From: Pirellulales bacterium
Lineage (GTDB): Bacteria; Planctomycetota; Planctomycetia; Pirellulales; UBA1268
Direction of reading: 5' to 3'
Length of the DNA stretch: 40,808 nt
NCBI GenBank assembly: GCA_044355515.1
Contig: JBIKXY010000002.1
Coordinates: 1 to 40,808, forward strand
Position numbers and translations under genes: made by a program. The notes under the pieces were generated by a model. It had not been told where the DNA came from, made no database searches, and was given only the letters and a program-made list of their open reading frames with translations. Each line of letters begins with the position of its first letter. The first letter of the stretch is position 1. Of the stretch, positions 8,802-17,130 are shown one piece after another.

Positions 8802-10361
8802 TCACACCGCCACGGCGGCGGCGGTGCGGGCCCGGGGCACGAGCTGGTCGGCATCGACGCAATCGGCGGCGATCCAGCCCGACATCAGGGCCATCGGCAT
8901 GCCCGGGCCGGGATGGGCCGAGCCGCCGGCCAGGTACAGCCCCTGGACGTCGGGCGAGCGGTTGGCCGGCTTGAACGCTCCGAGAAACCTGCCGTGGCTG
9001 GCCAGACCGTAGATCGCCCCGTCGAGCACGTGATAGCGGTCGTTGATGTCCTGCGGCGTGAGGGCCCGCTCCACGACGATGTGCTGCTCGAGATCCTTCA
9101 TGCCGGCGGTCTCGACGAGCTTGCGGATGATCCGGTCGCGATAGGCCGGCAGCATCTTCGACCAGTCGTGGTGGGGCCGGAGGTAGGGCGTGTGGACCAG
9201 GACATACAGCGCCTCGCCGCCGGGCGGAGCAACCTCGGGCTCGGTCACGGCCGGGGCACAGACGTAGCAGGTCGGATCGGGGGCCGGCTCGCCCCGGCGA
9301 TAGATCGCGTCGAACTCTTCGTGCGGGTCTTCCGAGAACACGAAGTTGTGGTGGATCAGCTGCTCGTACCTCTTGTCGAGGCCGAGGTACAGCACCACGC
9401 CGGAGCAGGCCGGCTCGTAGCCGCGGCGGCCCAGGAACCGCCGGGATGGCTCGCCCGCGACGAGTTCGCGGTGGGTGCGGACGGTATCGGAGTTGCTGAC
9501 TACGGCCGCGGCTGCAATGACCTCGCCGTCGGCCGTCTCCACCCCTCGCACCCGCCCTCCCTCGACGAGAATCTGCTTGACAGCCGTGTTGGTGCGGATC
9601 TCGACGCCGAGGTCCACGGCCAGGCTCGCCAGGGCCCGCGGCACGGCCCCGGTGCCCCCGCGGGGATACCAAACGCCGTCGTGCGACTGCATGTGGGCGA
9701 TCCCGCAGAGCACCGCCGGCGAGTTCTCCGGCGAGCTGCCCACGTACTGTGTGAAGTGGTCGAGCATCTGCGCCGCCCGCTCGTCGGGCACGAACGACCG
9801 CACCGTGCCGGCCACGCTCCGCCCCATCCGCATCCCCAAGATGTCCTTGAGGAAGCCCACCGAGAAGCTCTGCCGCGGCTCGAACATGTCCCGCATCCCG
9901 CCCACGCTTCGCCAAAAGAAAAACTCGTCGGAGATCCGGTGGAGCCGCTTGGCCAGGTCCATGAACCGGCCATAGCCGGCCCCCGCGCCGCTGCCGGGGG
10001 CGAACTCGTCGAGCGTGGCCCGCATCGCGGCCACGTCGGCCTTGAGGTCGAGGGTGGTGCCGTCGGTGAAAAAGCTCCGCCACTGCGGGTCGAGCGGCAC
10101 GAGGTCGAGCGACGTCTCCAACTCCCGCCCCGCCTCGGCCCAGATCCGCCGCAGCACCCGCGGGATCGTCAGGATGGTGGGCCCCATGTCGAACCGGTAG
10201 CCCGCCTCGGAGAGCACCGCCGCCTTTCCCCCCACCCAGGCGTTCTTGTCGCAGAGCGTCACCGCGTAGCCGCGGGCCGCAAGGGTGCAAGCCGCCGCCA
10301 GGCCGCCGAGGCCGCCCCCCACCACCACCACCCGCTCGCCGTCTTCCGTCCGCCGCATCAT
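8802..10361 (-). CDS. CrtI-family FAD-dependent carotenoid desaturase/oxidase (CrtN/CrtP-like)
   Basis: It has the Rossmann dinucleotide motif VVVVGGGLGGLAAACTLAARGYAVTLCDKNAWVGGK, followed by YRFDMGPT. I prefer start ATG 10361 (MMRRTEDGERV) because GGGAG lies 7 nt upstream. The track start at 10415 is an alternative. Confidence 0.85.
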   Translation of the reverse strand: MMRRTEDGERVVVVGGGLGGLAAACTLAARGYAVTLCDKNAWVGGKAAVLSEAGYRFDMGPTILTIPRVLRRIWAEAGRELETSLDLVPLDPQWRSFFTDGTTLDLKADVAAMRATLDEFAPGSGAGAGYGRFMDLAKRLHRISDEFFFWRSVGGMRDMFEPRQSFSVGFLKDILGMRMGRSVAGTVRSFVPDERAAQMLDHFTQYVGSSPENSPAVLCGIAHMQSHDGVWYPRGGTGAVPRALASLAVDLGVEIRTNTAVKQILVEGGRVRGVETADGEVIAAAAVVSNSDTVRTHRELVAGEPSRRFLGRRGYEPACSGVVLYLGLDKRYEQLIHHNFVFSEDPHEEFDAIYRRGEPAPDPTCYVCAPAVTEPEVAPPGGEALYVLVHTPYLRPHHDWSKMLPAYRDRIIRKLVETAGMKDLEQHIVVERALTPQDINDRYHVLDGAIYGLASHGRFLGAFKPANRSPDVQGLYLAGGSAHPGPGMPMALMSGWIAADCVDADQLVPRARTAAAVAV

Positions 10362-10411
10362 GTCGTGACTCCCTCGTGTGAATCTGGTGCAGCGCGCGGC
10401 TCGCGGCCGCC

Positions 10412-11965
10412 TCAAACGGCCGCCGCCGCTTCGTGCCCGGCGACCGCCCCCTTGGCCCGCGGAGCGGGCCGCTTCGACCCGGTCATGCCCAGGTCGTCGA
10501 GCAGGAGATCCGTCGTGATCCGGGCGGACGAGTAGATCACCGGCAGGCCGCTGCCTGGGTGGGTGCCGCCCCCCACGAGATACATCCGTTCCACGTCCTC
10601 GAACCGGTTGTGGGGCCGCATGTGGAGCATCTGCCCCAGGTCATGCGAGAGGTTGAACGTGGCTCCCCGGTAAATCTCGTAGCCGTCCTGCCAGTCGTCG
10701 GGCGTGAGCATCTTCTCGTAGCGGATCCGCTCCCGGACGCCCCGGATTCCGACCCGCTCCATCTGGTCGAGCGCCACCTCCCGATACCCCGCGCCCTCCC
10801 GCCGCCAGTCGACATTGGGGTGGCGGTGGGTGACGGGGATCAACAGGTAGAGCGTGCTCATCCCGGCCGGGGCGAGCGTGGGATCGGTGATGCCGGCGTT
10901 TTGCACATACATCGAGGGATCCGCCGAAAGCCGGTGCCGGTGCTCGATGTCGGCCAGGTTCTCCCGGTAGTCCTCCGAGAGGTAGATGTTGTGGTGGGCG
11001 ACGTCGTCGTACCGCCCCTCGATGCCGAGATAGAGCATGAAGGTCGAGCAGGAGAACCGCCGCGAGGCGATTCTGCGGTCGCTCCAGCGGCGCCGCAGCG
11101 AGTCGGGCACGAGCCTGGTCATGCTGCGGGCGAAGTCGGCGTTGACCACCGTGGCGTCGGCCTCGTAGCGGCCCTGCGGAGTCTTCACGGCGGTGATCTT
11201 CCGCCCCGCGAACTCGAGCGCCTCGACCGGCTCCTCGTAGCAGATCTCGACACCCATTTCCTGGGCGATCCTGGCCATCGCAGTCGAGACGGCGCCGCAG
11301 CCGCCGATCGGGTGGAAGACGCCGTGCTCATACTCCAGAAACGAGAGGATCGAGAACAGGCTCGGGCAGCGAAAGGGCGACATGCCCAGATACTTCGACT
11401 GAAAGGTGAAGGCGAGCCGGATCCGCTCGTCGCTGAAGAAGGTGCCGAGCTCCGCGTCGAGGCTCCGCCAGGGCTTGAGCAGCGGCATCAGCCTGATCAG
11501 GTCGGGGTTGGCGAGGTCCCGCCACGACTGGAACGGCTGCTCGAGGAACGGCGCGAACCGGGCGAACTTCTCGCGGGTCGATTCCATGAACCGCGTGAAC
11601 GAGCCGTGGTCGGCCGGCGAGAGCCGGGCCACCTCGGCCTCCATCCGGGCGATGTCGGGCGTGGCCGCGATCTCCCCGCCGGCTCCGAAGACGAGCCGAT
11701 ACTGCGGGTCGAGGCGGATCATCTCCACCTCCCGCCGCAGGTCGCGGCCGCAGGCCGTGAAGATCTCCTCGAGCACCCGCGGGTAAAGGAAGAACGTGGG
11801 CCCGAGGTCGAACTTGAAGCCCTCGGGCGTCGTGATCGTGCTCGTCCGTCCCCCAGGCACGGGCAGCCGCTCGAGCACCCGCACCCGCACGCCCGAGTTG
11901 GCCAGGAGCATGGCACAGGCGAGCCCGCCCGGCCCCGCTCCGATGATGTTGACCGTCCGCGTCAT
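10412..11965 (-). CDS. CrtI-family phytoene/diapophytoene desaturase
   Basis: The sequence MTRTVNIIGAGPGGLACAMLLANSGVRVRVLERLPVPGGRTSTI...FKFDLGPTFF is a typical CrtI N-terminus. The product is 517 aa and this is the first gene of the operon. Confidence 0.85.
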   Translation of the reverse strand: MTRTVNIIGAGPGGLACAMLLANSGVRVRVLERLPVPGGRTSTITTPEGFKFDLGPTFFLYPRVLEEIFTACGRDLRREVEMIRLDPQYRLVFGAGGEIAATPDIARMEAEVARLSPADHGSFTRFMESTREKFARFAPFLEQPFQSWRDLANPDLIRLMPLLKPWRSLDAELGTFFSDERIRLAFTFQSKYLGMSPFRCPSLFSILSFLEYEHGVFHPIGGCGAVSTAMARIAQEMGVEICYEEPVEALEFAGRKITAVKTPQGRYEADATVVNADFARSMTRLVPDSLRRRWSDRRIASRRFSCSTFMLYLGIEGRYDDVAHHNIYLSEDYRENLADIEHRHRLSADPSMYVQNAGITDPTLAPAGMSTLYLLIPVTHRHPNVDWRREGAGYREVALDQMERVGIRGVRERIRYEKMLTPDDWQDGYEIYRGATFNLSHDLGQMLHMRPHNRFEDVERMYLVGGGTHPGSGLPVIYSSARITTDLLLDDLGMTGSKRPAPRAKGAVAGHEAAAAV

Positions 11966-12025
11966 CCGCAGCGTCCCGCCGCCAACGCGGCCCCGGGCAC
12001 GCGCGGGGGCCGCTAAAACGTCCGT

Positions 12026-12053
12026 ACTATAGGACGAGACCCCCAGGGGTCAA
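12026..12053 (-). promoter_or_regulatory. candidate sigma70-type promoter for the carotenoid operon
   Basis: On the minus strand this reads TTGACC (12053-12048), 16 nt, TATAGT (12031-12026), about 60 nt upstream of ATG 11965. It sits in a locally lower-GC intergenic stretch. This is motif evidence only. Confidence 0.35.
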
Positions 12054-12100
12054 CAAACCCGGCCCGCCAAGACGCCGCGAAACCCGCTGGGAGCCGGGCT

Positions 12101-12574
12101 TCAGTACGGGATGTAGTAAGCAGACCGCACCGGCCGCAGGCCACCGAAGAGACCGCGCCGGTAGAGCGGCGCGACGACCGCGGTGGGCGCGTAGTAGGTG
12201 ATGACCGGCGTCACGACCGGCGCGGCCGCGGCGACGACGGGCGAGTAGGCGACGGTGGCCGCCGGCGCGTAGTTCACGACGGTCGGGGCGTAGAACGAGG
12301 TCACCGCGACCGGCGCGTAGTTGGCCGTCACTGCGACGGCCGCGGGCTGGGCATAGACCGGAGGGGAGAAGGCGGTGACAGCGGCATAGTTGCCCGCCGG
12401 TGTGTAGTTGGCGACGTAGGCGGGCGCGGCCACCACGGGAGCAGCCACGACGGGAGCGGCCACGACCGGCCGCAGCGCCGAGTAATAGACGACCTGTGCC
12501 TCGGCTGGCGTGGCGGCGGCCACGGCCAAGACGGCGCAGGCGGTGAGCAGCGTTCGGCTGAAGAACATGGTCAT
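12101..12574 (-). CDS. small secreted low-complexity Ala/Val/Pro/Tyr-repeat protein
   Basis: The likely start is ATG 12574 (MTMFFSRTLLTACAVLAVAAATPAEA, a signal peptide), with GGAAGGGA upstream. The mature part consists of VVAAP x3, NYAP/YAP/NYTP repeats and a C-terminal YYIPY. No family recognised. Confidence 0.6.
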   Translation of the reverse strand: MTMFFSRTLLTACAVLAVAAATPAEAQVVYYSALRPVVAAPVVAAPVVAAPAYVANYTPAGNYAAVTAFSPPVYAQPAAVAVTANYAPVAVTSFYAPTVVNYAPAATVAYSPVVAAAAPVVTPVITYYAPTAVVAPLYRRGLFGGLRPVRSAYYIPY

Positions 12575-12834
12575 CACGTCCCTTCCGGGTGGTCGGACCC
12601 GCCGTTGAATGCGGTCCATGATCGGGGCGGATGCCCGGCGATCACTCGTCCGATGACATGAGGATACGCACGCTTGGCACCCGGTTCAAACTGCCGCTAA
12701 AGTCTGCCACTCCGCCCGTCACACTGGGAAAGCGGCAGCGATCCGGGGGCCACCAGGGGGCCATCCGGGGGCGGTCGCGGCCCCGCTCTCCCCGCCCCCC
12801 CTCCCGATCCTCAGATTCCAGGCGAATCGACACC

Positions 12835-15660
12835 TTGAACGCACCAGCACCCGCCGACCCAGCCCCGAGCCGCACGCCTCCGGGCGGCTTTCCGGCCGTG
12901 CTGGTCGTGCGGGTTCTGACGGTCTTGAACGACAACCTCGCCCGTTGGCTGGTGATCGGCCTGGGCAAGCGGGCCGCGCTCTCGGTCGGCGCCACCGAGG
13001 CGGCGGTGCTCGCGGTGGGCACCGTCGTCTACGTGCTCCCGTTCATCCTCTTCGCCTGGCTCGCCGGCTGGCTGGCCGACCGGTTCACGAAGCGGTCGAT
13101 CGTGATCGGGGGCAAGTTCGCGGAGATCGCGATCGCGGTGCTCACGGCGGCGATCATCGCCTGGGGCACGGCCTCGGGCCCGCTGCTCGCGGGCCTGCCG
13201 CTCGGGCTCTGGCTCCTGATGGCCGCGATCGGGCTGTTCGCGATCCAGACCACGCTCCTGAACCCGAGCCTCCTGGGCACGATCCCGGAGACGGTGCCGA
13301 GCGGACGGCTCTCGGCCGCCAACGGCGTGTTCGCGCTGGTCTCGCTGGCGGCCACGCTCGTGGGCATGGCGCTCGGCAACTGGCTCGCCGACGCCACCTG
13401 GCTCTCGCCCGCGGCCGACGCCGCTCGCCCCCTGCCGGCCTGGCTGGCCGGCCTGCCGGCAGCCCACGCCGCGCGGGCCGCGGCGCTGCTTTTCGGCGTG
13501 GCCGTGGTCGGCTGGCTCGCGTCGCTGGCGTTGCCGCGGGTGCGGGCCGCCGACCCCCGGGCCGCGTTTCCCTGGAACGCGTTCGCGGCCACGTTCCGCG
13601 ACATCCGGCTCTTGCTCGCCACGCCCAAGCTCGCCGGGGCCGCGGCGGGCATCATCTACTTCTGGGCGATCGGCGCGGTCGTGCAACTCAACGTCGATCA
13701 ATATGCCTTCGAGAGCGGGGCCACCGCCCAGGGCCAGGTGATTCCGCTGCTCTTGGCGCTCGTCGGCGGGATCGGGGTGGGCAGCCTCCTCGCCGGCCGC
13801 TTCTCGCGGCGGGGCATCGAGGCCGGCTCGAAGGTCGATCTCGGGTTCGTGCCCTTGGGCATGCTCGTGATGCTGGTGGCCTGCGGGGCCTTGGCCCTCT
13901 CCGGGCGGGAGATCTTCGTCGGCGAGGGCTCCCCTGCCCTGCGGCTCGTTCCGCCGATCTTCTGGCTGGCGGTGCTCGGGATCGGGGCCGGGATGTTCGA
14001 CGTGCCGCTCGAAGCCTACCTCCAGGAACAGAGCCCGCCGGCGAAGCTCGGCACGGTGCTCGCCTCGACCAACATGCTCGTGTTCACGGGGATGCTCGTG
14101 GCCTCGATCGCCTACTACGGCCTGCGGGTGCCGGTGGGCGCGGGCCAGGCCGCCCCCCTGCTCTCGGCCCGCGGCATCTTCGGGCTCTTCGGCCTGATGT
14201 CGGTGGTCGCCCTGGCCGTGGCCGTCTGGGCCGCCCCCCGGGCCACGCTGCGGTTCGTCGTGGGGGGCATCGTGGGCACGGTCTGGCGGTTCCGGGTCTG
14301 CCAGGAGGAGAACGTGCCGACCACTGGCCCCTTGGTGATCGCGGCCAACCACCTCTCCTGGCTCGACGGCTTCCTCCTGCCGCTGGCGGCGCCCCGGCCG
14401 GTGCGGATGGTGGTCTACGGGCCCAACATCCAGGGCCGGTTTCTCAACCTGCTCGCCGACCAGTGGCGGTTCATTCTCTTCGACCCCAAGCCCAAGTCGA
14501 TCGGCCGAGCGCTCAAGGCGATCCAGGGGGGCCTGGCCGACGGCGACTGCATCGGCATCTTCTGCGAGGGGGGCATCTCCCGCACCGGCCAGATCCTCGG
14601 CTTCAAGCGGGGCCTGGAGTGGCTGCTCGAGCGGGTCGAGTCGCCGATTTTACCGGCCTCGATCGACGGGATGTGGGGGAGCCTGCTCTCGTATTCGGAG
14701 GGCCGCTACTTCACGAAGTGGCCCCGGGGCTTCCGCCGCACCGTGACGCTCACCTTCGGCACGCCGCTCCCGGTCGGCACCTCGACCGACCTCGCGCGGC
14801 TCGCGCTCCAGGAGCTCTCGGCCACGGTCGTCCGCCGCCGGATGGCCGCCCGCCGCCCGCCGCGGGGCTTCAGCGGTGACTGGGCCGCGGCCTGCGCCGA
14901 GGCCGAGGCCTTCGACGGCGCCTGCCTCCTGCGCCGCGAGGATCGGCTCGTCACCTCGCTCGCTCCCGGCGACCCACTCGCGGGCACGCTGGGCACCCAC
15001 GCCAGGCCGCTGCTCGGCATCGCCGCGACCCTCATCGACGCCACGAACCCGGCCGGCGAGATCGCCCGCACGCTCGCCGCCACCCGGGCCACGATCTGGC
15101 TGGCCCGCGTCGCGCAGGTGGAGGCCCTCGCCGCCGAGCCGGCCGGCCACCCGAAGCTCGTCGACCACCTCGCCGCGATCGTGATGCCGATCGCCGCGGC
15201 GGCCGACCTGCCCTGGGCCCGGCATGCCGCCGAGCGGTTTCGCGAAACAAACGGCATCGAGCCGGTGGTGGCCTATTGCCCGCGGGAGGCCTGCCGCCTG
15301 GTGGCGATGAACACGCCCCCGGCCCGGGCGGCCGGCGACTTCGAGATCACCTGCAAGCCCGAGTCGCTCGGCCGCGTCTTGAACGGCGGCGTGGTCTGGC
15401 CCCGGGCGTCGCTCCGGCCCCCGCTGGGCCTGCGGTCGCTGGCCTCGGCGGGCATCCCCGACACCTCCGACGCCACGCTCGTGATTTCGGCCCTCCTCCC
15501 CTGCCCCGCCGATTCGGCTCCCGCCGCCACCCTCCTGGCCGACGCCCTGGACGTGGACAAGGAGGGCTTCCTCGTGCCCCGGGCCGCGCTGCCCCCCGCG
15601 GATTCCGCGAGTCTCACCGACTCAACGGATTGCGGCACCGGAGCCGGGGGAAGCGGCTGA
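12835..15660 (+). CDS. fusion protein: MFS transporter (LplT-like) + PlsC-type acyltransferase + degenerate adenylation-like C-terminal domain
   Basis: This is the frame of track ORF 12631..15660. The start is uncertain: TTG 12835 is preferred because the 12631-12834 part has poorer codon bias and a non-protein-like Arg/Ser/Pro sequence, and ATG 12631 or 12658 remain possible. About 12 hydrophobic helices span 12.9-14.25 kb. The acyltransferase motifs follow: AANHLSWLDG (His codon 14350-14352) and IFCEGGISRTG. The last ~270 aa resemble the middle of an acyl-ACP/CoA synthetase, but no TSGTTGxPKG P-loop is visible. Confidence 0.7.
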   Translation: MNAPAPADPAPSRTPPGGFPAVLVVRVLTVLNDNLARWLVIGLGKRAALSVGATEAAVLAVGTVVYVLPFILFAWLAGWLADRFTKRSIVIGGKFAEIAIAVLTAAIIAWGTASGPLLAGLPLGLWLLMAAIGLFAIQTTLLNPSLLGTIPETVPSGRLSAANGVFALVSLAATLVGMALGNWLADATWLSPAADAARPLPAWLAGLPAAHAARAAALLFGVAVVGWLASLALPRVRAADPRAAFPWNAFAATFRDIRLLLATPKLAGAAAGIIYFWAIGAVVQLNVDQYAFESGATAQGQVIPLLLALVGGIGVGSLLAGRFSRRGIEAGSKVDLGFVPLGMLVMLVACGALALSGREIFVGEGSPALRLVPPIFWLAVLGIGAGMFDVPLEAYLQEQSPPAKLGTVLASTNMLVFTGMLVASIAYYGLRVPVGAGQAAPLLSARGIFGLFGLMSVVALAVAVWAAPRATLRFVVGGIVGTVWRFRVCQEENVPTTGPLVIAANHLSWLDGFLLPLAAPRPVRMVVYGPNIQGRFLNLLADQWRFILFDPKPKSIGRALKAIQGGLADGDCIGIFCEGGISRTGQILGFKRGLEWLLERVESPILPASIDGMWGSLLSYSEGRYFTKWPRGFRRTVTLTFGTPLPVGTSTDLARLALQELSATVVRRRMAARRPPRGFSGDWAAACAEAEAFDGACLLRREDRLVTSLAPGDPLAGTLGTHARPLLGIAATLIDATNPAGEIARTLAATRATIWLARVAQVEALAAEPAGHPKLVDHLAAIVMPIAAAADLPWARHAAERFRETNGIEPVVAYCPREACRLVAMNTPPARAAGDFEITCKPESLGRVLNGGVVWPRASLRPPLGLRSLASAGIPDTSDATLVISALLPCPADSAPAATLLADALDVDKEGFLVPRAALPPADSASLTDSTDCGTGAGGSG

Positions 15661-16048
15661 AATCCCGATCGACCGTCCAGAGTTCATCGACCCCGTGGAT
15701 CACGCAGCAGGCGGCGATTCGGGCGTCGTGGATCATGCCGCCTGTGACCCGGCTGGCGACGGCCAGTTCCTCGAGCAGTTCGAGGCTGTCGTCGGAATCG
15801 TGCAGGATTCGGAGGCTCGGCGACTCCCGCCAGGCACGAATCTGATTCACGGCGGCCGCCGGGCTCGACGGCTTGCCCCACAGCCCGCGGCGGGTGACGA
15901 CGGCGTGGAACTCCACCAGCGTGTGGTAGCAGACCGCCCAGGGGGCCGCCGCCTCGGCCAGTTCCGCGAGCAGGGGCAGGGCCCGGTCGTGGAGGCTGGC
16001 ATCCCGGCGGTGGGCATGGACCAGGATATTCGTGTCCAGAGCGATCAC
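15614..16048 (-). CDS. vapC: PIN-domain toxin VapC
   Basis: The sequence MIALDTNILVHAH...DARIAACCVIHGVDELWTVDRDFSRFP shows PIN acidic residues in the canonical positions. The GTG start overlaps the antitoxin stop (GTGA at 16045-16048). Confidence 0.85.
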   Translation of the reverse strand: MIALDTNILVHAHRRDASLHDRALPLLAELAEAAAPWAVCYHTLVEFHAVVTRRGLWGKPSSPAAAVNQIRAWRESPSLRILHDSDDSLELLEELAVASRVTGGMIHDARIAACCVIHGVDELWTVDRDFSRFPRLRCRNPLSR

Positions 16049-16281
16049 GGCTGAACATCCTGCTCCCGCTGGTCATCGATCCAGCGGTTGATCGCGGCGG
16101 CATCGACGACCTCCTCCGGGTCGCCCGCGGCCGCATCCCGCAGCTTGAATCGCCTGGGACTCTCCCTCAGGCTCTGCTCAAGCGCGTCGAGGACCAGCCG
16201 CCGGAGGGTCGTTTTGCGTCGGGCCGCCGCCCGTTTTGCCCGCTCCATGAGCGCGTCTGGAATATCGATGCTTGTTCTCAT
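16045..16281 (-). CDS. vapB: VapB-type antitoxin (78 aa)
   Basis: The internal start ATG 16281 gives MRTSIDIPDALMERAKRAAARRKTTLRRLVLDALEQSL, a typical VapB/ribbon-helix-helix-like N-terminus. The track start at 16431 adds a Gly/Ala/Pro-rich extension that looks non-coding. An AT-rich stretch (ATATTTATGC) lies directly upstream. Confidence 0.75.
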   Translation of the reverse strand: MRTSIDIPDALMERAKRAAARRKTTLRRLVLDALEQSLRESPRRFKLRDAAAGDPEEVVDAAAINRWIDDQREQDVQP

Positions 16282-16414
16282 GCATAAATATGTAGCAACG
16301 CGGGTTGCCCCGGGCAAGGCCCTGTCCCCGGCCGCTCCGGCCGCTCCGGGGCCGCCCTGGCCAGGAATCGGGGCCAGGTTTGCCGCCGGGCGGCCGCTTG
16401 TTTTGCGATCAGCT

Positions 16415-16442
16415 TTGTGCCGGACTGCCACCGCGGTATCCT
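16415..16442 (+). promoter_or_regulatory. candidate promoter for tRNA-Arg
   Basis: TTGTGC (16415-16420), 16 nt, TATCCT (16437-16442), ending 10 nt before the mature tRNA 5' end. This is motif evidence only. Confidence 0.3.
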
Positions 16443-16452
16443 TCGGAGAGAT

Positions 16453-16526
<74 letters not shown>

Positions 16527-16587
16527 GTGGCGGCCGGCGGGCCGAATGGGTTTGGGCGTTTCAGGGCCCGGCCGCTAGGCTCCTGGC

Positions 16588-17130
16588 ATGGAACGGGCGT
16601 CCACCATCCATCGCGTCGTCGGGTTCGACCCCGGCCTCAACGTCACCGGCTACGGGATCGTGGAGTGCCAGGGCGGGAGCGTGAAGCTCGTCGAGGCCGG
16701 CACGGTCCGGTCGCAGGGCGACTCGATCGAGACCCGGCTGGCCACCATTCATGCGGGCGTCCGCGAGGTGCTCGAGACCTTTTCCCCCTCGGCCATGGCG
16801 ATCGAGCAGGTGTTCGCCCATGCCCGGTTTCCCAAGGCCGCGATCCTCCTGGGCCACGCCCGAGGCGTGATCTGCCTGGCCGGAGCGCAGGCGGGCCTGG
16901 CCGTGCACCACTATCTGCCGAATCGCGTGAAGAGCGCGCTCACCGGCAGCGGCCACGCCGGCAAGGAGCAGGTCCAGGCGGCCGTGCAGCGGGAGCTCGC
17001 CCTCGCCTCGAAGCCTGAGCCGGCTGACGCCGCTGACGCCCTGGCCGTGGCGCTGGCCGACTGGCACCTCCGACTACGGCCCTTGTTTTTCGGGACGGGA
17101 ACGGTGCGGATTCGGAGCAGCCGGGCATGA
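16588..17130 (+). CDS. ruvC: crossover junction endodeoxyribonuclease RuvC
   Basis: HRVVGFDPGLNVTGYGIVE is the RuvC N-terminal catalytic Asp motif. The product is 180 aa and the stop overlaps the ruvA start (ATGA). Confidence 0.92.
   Translation: MERASTIHRVVGFDPGLNVTGYGIVECQGGSVKLVEAGTVRSQGDSIETRLATIHAGVREVLETFSPSAMAIEQVFAHARFPKAAILLGHARGVICLAGAQAGLAVHHYLPNRVKSALTGSGHAGKEQVQAAVQRELALASKPEPADAADALAVALADWHLRLRPLFFGTGTVRIRSSRA

Noticed and set aside
8748-12016. The long + strand ORFs 8748..10535 and 10433..12016, opposite the CrtI-family genes.
   Set aside because: The minus-strand frames contain the FAD-binding GxGxxG and CrtI blocks, so the + frames are GC-driven open frames.
12631-12834. 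The ATG 12631 or 12658 start for the MFS fusion gene.
   Set aside because: It is not fully rejected. The first ~68 codons use many rare A/T-ending codons (ata, cta, tct, act, aca, gga, cga) and encode an Arg/Ser/Pro-rich peptide, so I favour TTG 12835. Experimental N-terminus mapping is needed.
12811-14352. The 513-aa minus ORF, 12945..14879 (+) and other ORFs overlapping the MFS fusion gene.
   Set aside because: They are hydrophilic Arg/Gly/Pro/Asp/Glu-rich shadows. Only the 12631/12835..15660 frame gives transmembrane helices and the HX4D motif.
16339-16410. A short tandem GGCCGCTCC x2 and a hairpin CCTGGCC-N9-GGCCAGG followed by TTT, upstream of the tRNA.
   Set aside because: The stem is short and the repeat low-complexity, and no + strand gene lies upstream to terminate. 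This is within what high-GC sequence produces by chance.
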